Assembly: GCF_036321535.1 (NCBI RefSeq)
Contig: NC_087437.1
Location: forward strand, 37,698,001 to 37,762,000
Reading direction: 5' to 3'
Length of the DNA stretch: 64,000 nt
From: Camelus dromedarius
Lineage: Eukaryota
Each line of letters starts with the position of its first letter. Position 1 is the first letter of the stretch. The notes beneath the pieces were generated by a model. The model was not told the origin of the DNA, made no database searches, and saw only the letters and a list, made by a program, of their open reading frames with translations. Positions 23,511-33,900 of this stretch are shown here, piece after piece. The position numbers and the translations under genes were made by a program.

Positions 23511-26500
23511 ACCCTGATTTCCCCCCATTTCAGCATGCGTACTAACTTACATTCAGAAACCCTAAATTGTAGCCTCTGTATGACATAACTAACAAGATGG
23601 TGAGCCAGAATGCAAGCCCGTGGCTAAATAAAAGTTTAAAGTAGTATTATGGGGTTGGGAGAAAAGCCATACTTAACATCAAAGGTGTATCATTCTACTG
23701 AACACTTGAAATGGTAATATAGTTTGTCTCTAGAGAGCCTGCCTAAGGAGATTTCCAGTTTAATTTATGTCAGTTTCTTTGGACTTTAAAGAAAGGTAAT
23801 TGTAGAAGGGAAATATTAGGGAAGGAATTGAGGGAAATTAAGTGTGAGGAAAGCTTGACAGCATGAGAAAAAAATGCTCTATCATTCAGTAAAAATAGCA
23901 AAGAAATTTTTAAAAATCTGTATTTTCTGGACTAAGAAATAAACTAGCTTTTGACAGACAGGAAACAAGTTACTTCTTTCTCCTCGATGAGTGTCCTGTC
24001 CTCATTTGTAAAATGGGTATAGCAATGTGAAATTTCTTCTTGTACTAAGTGGAAAGGTTGACTTAGTTTTGTATATATTTAACCTTTCATGTATTGACTC
24101 TCTATAGTTTAAATAAGGCTAAGATTATCTTTTTGACTATACTCAAAATAATCTTGTAATATTTGGGGTAATCTCAATGATAGTCGACTAAGTTTCTGTA
24201 ACTAATTCCTCTTGGATGGTGGCTACTGTAAGTTATGTTCTCTAGGAGTGTCACTTTGTTCTGGCAAACTTCCAGAAATTTGCTTTTGGGCCCAGAGGGT
24301 GAGCCAAAATTCCTTGGACACTCTTTATTTTACTTATATACTTGGTCCTCTCATAAGAGAGAAAAATCTCTGTAGTGACTCTGGGTAAGTAGTTTAGCAC
24401 TGAAGCATAAAGTCTGGAACAATATACAAAACCCAGAGTTATAGGCATGTCACTTTTAGCTCTAATGATATGCAATATTATGAAAGATATTCCAGTTTTG
24501 TCTTCATCACCTTTCCTTTGGATAACTCTTCTCCTTACTTACAATACTCCTTCCTAGGCTTTCCTGACACCTCTCTGGAATTCTGGAGTCCTACCAATGC
24601 CTGAACATCCTTGGTTCTTTTTGGTTTCTCTCTATCTGACCTATTACATTGTGAAGATCATAAATGACAGCTTAATTATGAAATTCTTATGAAAATATTA
24701 ATTTTATCTTGCCTATCCAAACCTAATTGATGCGGTTCTCTTCCATTGTAAACTAGCAGTTAATGGAAGTATTGGTGAAATTTATGCTAAGATATTTATA
24801 GCTATTCCTAAGTGAATATGTAACTTGTAGGGCAGTACTTAGACATAAGCAGGATATTATTGCCAAACTCCAAATAATAATGAGATTTCATATATCAACA
24901 CATATTGTGCTTTGGTAGGGGGTGCTTTCATATATTAGCATATATTCCAAGCATCCCTCAAGCACACTGTCTTGGATAATCACCTTCTCTACCCTCTTAT
25001 AAAGCCAACCCTTCCCCCAGCTCCAAGATGTCCATTGGAGAGCCCAGCTGCTGCCGGCCTACCAGGCATGCAGCCACTTGGCGCTAAGCCTGCAGGTTTC
25101 AGTGCCAGAATGTGACAGGATCCTCTCGAAGTTGTTCTAAAGCATAGACTAAGATTACCTACAATATCTGCTTTCTTTTCCTTACAGAAATGTCATGAGA
25201 ATAAATGAGATAATTTAGGAGAAGCACTTTGAGATCCTAGGAAGAAAATGCATCCTATTTATTCAGGTTGTTGTTGTTTTTAGTGTTAGTAATAAATACT
25301 ACATTGAAGTTGGCCTGAAGGTAAGGTCTGACATTTACTATAGCTGTGTTTGAATATAAAGCTATTGCAAAATTGGTTGTGGTTTGCTTCCATGCTACCA
25401 ATATATGGTGGAATCTCTCATTTTATTGAATTCCAAGTTGTGGAATAGCTTCTCTTTCTAAGTCTGTTTGTAATGTAAACAATTTGCTTTGTAAATAAAT
25501 GGCATTTTTCATAGTTGACATGTTGTAATTTCCAATAGAAATGTAAGCTAAATTGATGAATTCATTAGAAGGCGTATCATAAGGTGATGCTCATTTATTT
25601 TCAAGGGGTGAGTATTACTTGAATGCCTAGTTTGTTTTTATTTTTGTTTTCCTACAGTGCAAAACAATGAGGAAACCCCAAATAGCCAAAGGGGAAAAAA
25701 ATAGGTGATTTGGAGCTTGTGAGTTGGAGCTAGAAAGAAAGACTTGCTACAGAAAAGACTGTATTAATTTAAAAGCAATCTTCTCTTTTGTGTGCGTGTG
25801 CAGAAGGCAGATCCTCTTTTGCTCTGAGGCATCCCTGCATTCCTGTTTTCTCAGATTAACTCTCCAATTTCCACAACAGCCTAAACCCTACAGAGAAGTG
25901 CTGGTAAAGGTTGCTCAACTTCAGAGCATAAATGCAGGCTCTAAACAGCAGGAGGTCTGAGACAGTACTTGAGCCTCATGACAGGCCAAAATTTTTTCCC
26001 TTTAATCATCTCCTTCTTTATTCTCATTGGATCATTTGTATCTGACAAGGAACAGCCTGCCCACCAGAACAGGATGTCCTTATTTATCCCTGAACCAAAC
26101 CCTCCCAGAAGCAGAATTTCCTCTTTAAGAACAAGTTAAGGATCCTATTTCTCATTTGATTTTTCTGGATTAACAAAAGATTGAAAGTTTTCCTCCATTC
26201 CTAATTTTTTTTTTCCTGTAAAGAAATAGGCTGAGTTCCACAAAGTGTCACAATGTGTTCCTTATTTGAAATGTTAATGCATTATTAAAAGAATTATAAC
26301 CCACTAAAATAATGTCTTTGATAAAATTCATACAATAGAACAAAACATAATAAAGGTCTGATATAATCCTTATACAGGCATAAATCTCTCTGAATTCAAA
26401 TGTGTATATCAAATGATACTCCCTTAAATATTAGAAAATGATATGCATTATCTTTATGAATAGTTATAATGAGACTGCCATTTTCATGTCTGTATTCTAA

Positions 26501-27459
26501 TAGCACTATCAGTATAATGTATTCATATTATTAGAGAAATGTTAATTCAGATCTACATTACTTTACCAGAAAATGTGAAAAAGGATGCCAAATTCTGTTT
26601 TAAGAAAATGAACCCAAGACCAGAGACATTTATATTAGTTTATATGTTAATAGTTTATATTTCCAAATAGTTGGCAAAACATATAGAAAGAACATACATA
26701 TTTTGTTAAAAAGATGAGTACTTTAAAATTATGTGTGTAATTTATTATTATTAGCAATGGAATTTATTTCCCTCTATGCTCGAGGTAGTTTCTGGCAAGA
26801 AATTACTCACCTAGGAAACCATCAATTCTCTTAGACCACTCAAATCTCTTATAGTGTAAGTCTCCCCTAACTGGCACATTTTTTTATTTCTCCTAAATCA
26901 CTGATTGTGGATAAATGCTCCTAGTAATGTTTCTGAACCTGAGATGGGCTAGAGAGGGAAGGGTAAGTTCAGGATCTCCTTATTCTCCTATTAGGAATGA
27001 CTGCAGTCTGCAAAGAAGGAATTCTAGCCTCCTTTATAGTATGAATAGCTCCATGTTGGGAGCAGAGGTTGCAGTAGCTGCTGACCTATGCTCAAAATTT
27101 ACAAAATCTTAAGATCTATTGTTGAAGGAGCTTTAAATTAGTATATTATTTTCTGTTTCTAAATAGTGCATCCATGGATATTGAAGCAGAAACATATACA
27201 GAAACATGTGCATGTGCATATAAATCATTTTATGTATTTGAATATTTGTAATTATATGGCGATATTTCATCTATAATTGGACTTTGCCCCAAATACAGTA
27301 AAATATGTTTTTTAAAAGTAAGAAACATATATTTAAATAAATCTTCTATGACTATAGGGCCACTTCTGTGACAGTGTGGGCTTTTCTCCTCAAAAATCAA
27401 GGGAGTCATTTTCACGTCTTTATCTATATGAATGATGGCCCTAATGTATATAGACTGAA

Positions 27460-28030
27460 GCCAACAGAGTTGTTTCTTCCACCATGTGGAGCTTACGGTT
27501 CATTTAGATAAAAGAAAGAATGAAACAAAGGGTAAAAAATAATTATTTCCACAATTTGATTAAAGAAATAATTAGGAGTTAATTGCTATTAAAGTAAAAC
27601 AGGTAGCAACTTAATGCTGTGTAAATTCAAGAGTATAAAATATAAGTGAGAACTTGAGTAAATGGTGATGTCCTTGAAGATGATGATACATCATTCTGGC
27701 CAGGAAGGAAATCTAGATATAAAATGGTAAAGAATATTCAAGAGAGAAAGAACATTAAGAAAGGGAAAGTTTAAGAAAGAAATATTATGTGTAGAGGAGA
27801 TGGTGAAAATACTGGCTTGACTCTAACTGTGAATGTATATTAGAGAATAACTGCTCATCCAGCCTTGGATAGGATAGGTTAAATTAGATCATGGCAACTC
27901 TTGAAAGCGAGACAGAAAAGTTTGCACTTGATGCAATGAGCAACAGGACACTATTGCAGATTAGTGGACAAGAAACAATAGCAGTGCTTTTGGCAGATTA
28001 AACCAGCAATAAGAATAGAAACTTTTGAGA
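27460..28030 (-). mobile_element. L2 LINE fragment (antisense)
   Basis: Purine-rich antisense L2, e.g. 'attagatcatggcaactcttgaaagcgagacagaaaagtttgcacttgatgcaatgagcaacaggacactattgcagatt'. Confidence 0.6.
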
Positions 28031-28729
28031 AAGAAGATTCTGGAAAGGCAACCAGATTTCAAGCATTGAAAAGATAATAGATGGGTTGATGGTATGAGGA
28101 AATAATGGGCATATATCATGTCTGGAAGAGTTTTGTCACTGCTAGAAAACCAGTGAGCAGAGGAAGAGAAAGAAAATTAAAAGCTTTTCTTTGATTTGTT
28201 TAAAATTGACTCTTTTATGTGCTTATAGTAGGAATGAAAAGAGACCTTGAAGAAAGCCTGATGGAAATGTTAAAGAGGGAATGGAAAGAATTGGAGACTG
28301 GATTTACTGAGACTGGAATTAATGAGTTTAGAATATTGACTGAAAAAAAGGAAAATTGAGTAAATTGAAAAAGTTGAAAAAGTAGACTTATGAACAGTAC
28401 TCCTTAGGATTCTATTAAATAGAAATTCCTAGTTACAATTATTACTGATTTTTTAATAACCCAGAGCACTAGAATATCAATTGCTTTCTAAAGCTTTAGT
28501 GATTAAGTAGTGCTCAAATTAGATTTAGTATATATTGATGTATGCTAATTCTATGAAACTATATAAGTCACATATAAATATATGAAAACTTCATAGCAAC
28601 CAGATATATGAAAATTGAAAACCCCTTTTCTTAATGAGAATGAATAATAGGGTTTATTTATCATTGCTTATGTGAAATAAGCATTAGAAATTATATAATA
28701 TATTTAATAAAATTCTGAAGTGTTTTCTT

Positions 28730-28828
28730 TTTTTTTTTTTTTTAATTAAATGAAGGTACTGGGGATTGAACCTATGACCTCATGCATACTAAGCAGGCAC
28801 TCTACCACTGAGCTCATTACCCTCTCCC
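28730..28828 (-). mobile_element. tRNA-Ala-derived SINE, camelid Vic-1 type (short form) with perfect 15-bp TSD
   Basis: Minus strand reads 'gggagagggtaatgagctcagtggtagagtgcctgcttagtatgcatgaggtcataggttcaatccccagtaccttcatttaatt(a)n', with A-box AGCTCAGTGG and B-box GGTTCAATCC. TSD ctgaagtgttttctt at 28715-28729 and 28829-28843. Confidence 0.92.
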
Positions 28829-29494
28829 CTGAAGTGTTTTCTTAAATTTTCTTTGTTGCAAAAGCAATCTTTGAATTTTAAACTAAGTTGCAAAAGTATT
28901 TTGCCCTCCAAACTTGGGAAAACATCTTATTGTTTTGTAATAAACTTCAAAATTAAAAAAAAAAGTCATCACTTGATCAACCAGAAAAGAAAATACAGAA
29001 TGCTACTGGCTTGTATTGTTTCTCTGCTTGAGTTCCATTATAATTTATGCTAGAAAGGCCATGTTATTATTAATGCAAATGACCAAATTTATTTCCTTAG
29101 AAACAGGGCTAATGTAAGGGTAGGGTCAGGCTATTATCAAATTTATTTCGTATGTGAAATTACTTTAAGAGAGATGATCACCTATGAACAGAAGATGAAT
29201 GCTTCTCTAAAACCTGCTTTCTATAGGAAAAATGTGATATGTGCATTTCAAATATTTGTAATATACAAGCATAATTTATCTTAATATTTGAGAGGCCTTT
29301 GTTTACTTAGATGAGCTTTGTTGTTAACAAGTATAAACAAGATCCTAATTAATGAATTGCTGACATTCCACTCTTGTAGTTATTTTTCATAATTTTTCAG
29401 TATTTGTTTTTTATTTCTATGTAAACAAAATTTAGAAAGAAGGCAGATTTAGGAGCGGTGATAATGACCATTTCAGTATGAGGACAGCTAAACT

Positions 29495-29730
29495 AACATC
29501 TATCACTTTGTCAGTGCTTACTTTATGCCAGGCATCATAGTAAGTCCTTTATATGCAGTATTTGATTTTTTTAAAACCTGTGAAGGGTATGTACTATTTT
29601 ACCCATTTAAACCAAGAAAAATAAGTTTGGGAATTTTAATAAATGCTTACACAATTACTAAATGTCAGAGCCAGTTTCGAATCCAAGGGTGAATGATTTT
29701 CATAACCATGAGTTTAACCACTTTTCTGAA
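29495..29730 (-). mobile_element. MIR SINE (antisense)
   Basis: 'agtgcttactttatgccaggcatcatagtaagtcctttatatgc...tactattttacccattt...gtcagagccagtttcgaatccaagg'. Confidence 0.75.
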
Positions 29731-30682
29731 CTACCTTTTGATTTCTGGTTCAGAATGAGGAAGTGAATTGCCTGAGAGGGCACTATAAGTGGTCACCTGG
29801 AGTTTGTATCCTGGGAGAAAACAAAAACAAAAAAGAATGTAAAAACGATATAGAAGCATGAAAATTTAAAGCTGGGAATAAAATTTTGAATCCATATAGT
29901 ACAAACCCTCTAACAGAAAACTCAGACTCAAACCAAATGGTAATACAGACAAGTAATATCAAACAGCATTTAATTTATCAACTGCTTTTATAATCTAACT
30001 CTGTGGTAAGACCCCAAAATGTCATGAGACCAGTCCTTTTTGCATTAAAGAGCTAATGGCGGAGGAGAAATTATCTTAGGGAACACAAAGTTGGAGTATT
30101 GATAATCTAGTTGCCAAGTACTTCTCCACAGCTTTTCAAAGAAAAAAAAAAGCTGTTGTGGTAACAGAAAAATTTAATTTCAGATTTAGACAAAAGATTT
30201 ATTGAGCATCTTCAATGCACCCAACCCCGGATTAGGTACTTCCACTTTTACTATCTCATTTAATCCTTGCAACTACATTTAGCACTATTAACGTATGGTT
30301 ACATAGGGTCAATATTAAAATTTGTTGACAAGCATAGTCATTTTGGAATTATCTACTGATTCCATATTCACAGTTATAAATTATTAAATCTTAATGGCAG
30401 TCTGGTGTGAATAGTAATGCTTTGACAAACAGAATTGACAAATAATTAATATGCCTTGGTCTATCTAGGTACATCTTAGGCCATAGGGTGTGTTTATGCT
30501 ACTATTTAAGATTTTATACCCCACACCATCATACTGTAATTTATGGGTGATTTATGGGAGCTTCAAGGATGATTTTGATTACACGTGATTTTTCTATTAT
30601 GACTTTATAACTTTATCTCCAACTTAACTATGTATTGTTATTAGAACAAAAATATTGAATAATTGTATACAAGAACCAGAAT

Positions 30683-30870
30683 CAAAGTTTCTAGACCATT
30701 GTAGCCCTCAGAAACCTGTATCAGAATTACCTGAGCTGTTACTGGAAATGCAGATTCCTAAGTCCACCTAAGACCAGCTGACTCAGAATCTCTGAAGGCT
30801 TGTGTCATGGATGTGCATTTTAAACAAATCTGTGGATGATTTCTATGCACACTAAAGTTTACAAACCTTG
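30683..30870. mobile_element. hAT-Charlie MITE, MER5A-like
   Basis: 'atcagaattacctgagctgttactggaaatgcagattcctaagtccacctaagaccagctgactcagaatctctg...tgcattttaaacaa...gatgatttctatgcacactaaagttt'. Confidence 0.8.
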
Positions 30871-31277
30871 TTCTATATTCTCAATCCAAAACTTTTCCAC
30901 ACTGCCACCAAAGGATTAAGTCAGCAGTTCTACAAAATTTTCCTCTTCATTTCTGCATTAATACAATGTAGAAGATTCCATCTCATATGAATCAGGCAGG
31001 AGCTCATCTTGAGAGGAAAAATTCTCATTGTGGGAAACAATTATTTTCTCTTTTTTTTGAAGAGTATGCATATGTATACAAATGTGTGCATGTGTATGTG
31101 TGTGTCAAGTAGAAGTGTTTCCTTCATTCTCATATGAAGAAAAACTTTGTACAATCAAATTAGGTAAATATCTTCAAGAAGAGATGCCACATTTGTCTGC
31201 GTTTGTACTTACTTTTGCTTCCCCTATCTACACAATCTGTCTTAGTGAATAATGGACATCCTGTCTTCTTCTGTAAT

Positions 31278-31811
31278 ACAGACTTTGAATTTCAGTCATG
31301 GAAATCATCTTAAAAGGTCATCTTGTCCTTCCTTTGACCTCAAAGCCTCATATATTTAAAATTCTATTTTTTTTTAAATTCCACATTTACAATGTTCTGA
31401 AATCCCCTTGGGAACCCATTTAGTGTTGAACAGCCTTTTCCGTTGTCAAAAGCTTCTTTCTCCCCTTGTTTTGCTATTAGAATTCATTTTTTTTCTGAAA
31501 TGTTTTGAACAAAACCAAAAAAGAGCTGGTCATCACAATCCGTAGAATAGCTCTTCATTGAAGACCATTAATAATGACCTTTCAATCAGCTCTTCTCTAA
31601 CCTAAGTATAATGTAAATCTTTTAAACCTTTCTTAGAATTCTCATTTTTTAACCCTTCAATTATTTTTCTTTCTCTCTCCTGAATGTTCTTCATTCTTCT
31701 TAAGCTCTGAAGTGGGAAAGTAGAAACACAGTAGGATCTCACCAGTGCTGAATGTAATAGGAGGATTATCTTGCTGTTCTTATTTACTCTACTCTTATTT
31801 ATGCATCCCAT
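31278..31811 (-). mobile_element. CR1/L3 LINE 3' region with residual ORF2 C-terminal reading frame
   Basis: ORF 31602-31811(-) 'GCINKSRVNKNSKIILLLHSALVRSYCV...IQERERKIIEGLKNENSKKGLKDL' parallels the CR1 ORF2 C-terminus 'GCINRS..SR..EVI.PLYSALVRPHLEYCVQ...VQRRATKMIKGLE..SYEERLKEL'. The 3' end 'catcttaaaaggtcatcttgtcc' matches the antisense L3 tail. Confidence 0.8.
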
Positions 31812-33364
31812 AGAACTCTGAGAGGTGCAGATAAGATGTAAATGGGTGTCCTGATGCTCATGGTCTTGAATAATTTCATAGCACTTTTCATAAAAATATG
31901 GATGTTATTCTCAGGAACCTGGGTACTTTGTAACATAGGTAATTACTTTCTGCCTATCTATAGCATTTTAAGTTTCAATTAGATGAATTATTCTTCACTT
32001 CCACTTGTAAAGCCATTATTGCAAAAAGTTATTTGCACAGAACAGAATAACTCTGCATTTTAACAGAACGAGAAAGAACCACTTTATATCCAGCCTGTAA
32101 AGAGTCTAACATTCCTTAGGGGTATGAAATACCGTGATAGAGAGCCTTGCTTTCCCAACCTAATGCACACAGTCCAATATGCTCTTTATATTTTCTTTTT
32201 TATTCCTCTCTTGCTTAGCTATCCTAAATTCTTATAAGAAAATCTATCTTGTTAGTAGCATTTATGCACTAATTCCAGTGAAATTTTAAGTAAAAGATGT
32301 TTAAACTAGAACATGAAATTTGCAAAGCTCTAAGTCAGATTTACACTTCTTTCATCACTTTAACTAAAAATGCAGAGGACTTACTTTTGGTTTTGCTTGT
32401 TTTGTTTTGTTCCATATTGGAAATGGCCAATAACATTATATATTCATTGTTCTATAAAAATATATTGAATACTTATTGTGTCAATGTACCCAATTAGTTT
32501 GGCTGTTGTCAGAGAAAGTCTAAAATAGATGAACACACTCTGGGTTTCTACGTGTTCTCATACTTATTTTCTATTGAAATAGTTTGTGGGATTTTTTTGC
32601 ATTGTATTTCTTAAAAAGAGATGTCTTCAGTGTTATCTCATTTATTTCAGCTCCAAGACACTTCCTTCTGCATCCTTTCCCACTCAACTCTGAAATTCCA
32701 CATCTTTATCTTAACTCTGCTCTGAACACAATCTAAAGACTCCTGGATGTAGATGAAGACCTGCGCAGGCATTATTTTGCTGTGCAGAAGGGTGACCTCA
32801 CTAGCACATCCTTATCTCATTTCTCAAATCTTAACCCTTTCTACTCAGCTACATTCTTTCCTCTCTCAAGCAAGCTTATAGAAATTTAGGGAAGTTTTGC
32901 AAAGATGTTGAATGTTTGAGCTGCATCTTAAAAACACAGATGTCATCTTGCCATACCCTGTCTTTAACAGAACCTTTTACCTGTAGGATAAAATCTATAT
33001 TCTTTTGTATGCACTTTATAATTTGACACCATGTTATGCCAAAATATTCCCCCTATTCAGTTTCTCTGCCTTGTTCCACACACACCCACAATCTGTTGTT
33101 TTTCAGTTTATGCCTGTTGTCCCCTTTTGCTCTATTCTGGTACGGATAAAAATTACATAATCATCCCTTTATTAAGGTGTAGCTTATGCATTTAATGCAT
33201 TTGTGGAGCTTATCTAAGTTTCCATTACCAGAACATTGTTTCCTTCTTTATGTTTCTATGACAGTTAAACAAATGTTTGCTATAACATTTAACAATTTTA
33301 TTAACTTCTATTAGTAATCTTCCCTTTGCTCTAGAATATGTGCTTTAGATGCCAGGCTATATAA

Positions 33365-33900
33365 TCCTTCATTTATTCATTCACTCATTCAATAAGTATC
33401 TTCTTCTTATTTTTTTTTAATAAGTATCTTATTAAGACCTACTAGAAGTCAGGTACTATTCTGTGATATAATGCTGATGAGGGAAACAAACAAGGATCAT
33501 GTTTTAATATTGTTTTTATTCTTTCTTTTTTTTTCTTTTTGTGAGAGGAGAGGACTGCAAATATGTAGAAAATTTAATTCATTTCAGGTTGTGATAAAAA
33601 ATAAAACAGAATAATGTAATAAAAAGAGAGTTTGGATTTGGTCTAAATTAAAGAATTAAAGAAACTGTTCAGGAAAAACATACCTGAGAATGTGATCCTT
33701 AAGCAACAGACTGATTGATGAGAATGTTAGCGCCATGAAGTTCTGGGAGAAAAGAGTTCTAGGCACAGGAGAGGCCCAAAACAACAAGAATGAGCTTGGT
33801 GGCTTGAGAAATTGAAGAAGAACCAGTGTAACTAATATGTACAGAGTGGAGAAGCATAGTCAGAGGTAACTTGGAAGGGGTAGTAAAGAACTGTATGAGA
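33365..33900 (-). mobile_element. L2 LINE (antisense)
   Basis: (TTCA)n tail, 'ttattaagacctactagaagtcaggtactattctg', 'ctgggagaaaagagttctaggcacagga...gaatgagcttgg...gaagaaccagtgtaact'. Confidence 0.75.

Noticed and set aside
26802..26962. Minus-strand exon-like segment (cccttccctctctag acceptor, tag|gtgagt donor)
   Set aside because: Stops in all three frames and no companion exons; indistinguishable from a pseudo-exon.
28730..28828. tRNA-Ala gene
   Set aside because: It has a poly(A) tail, a 15-bp TSD and stem-disrupting substitutions, so it is a SINE rather than a functional tRNA. The same applies to 22029-22150.
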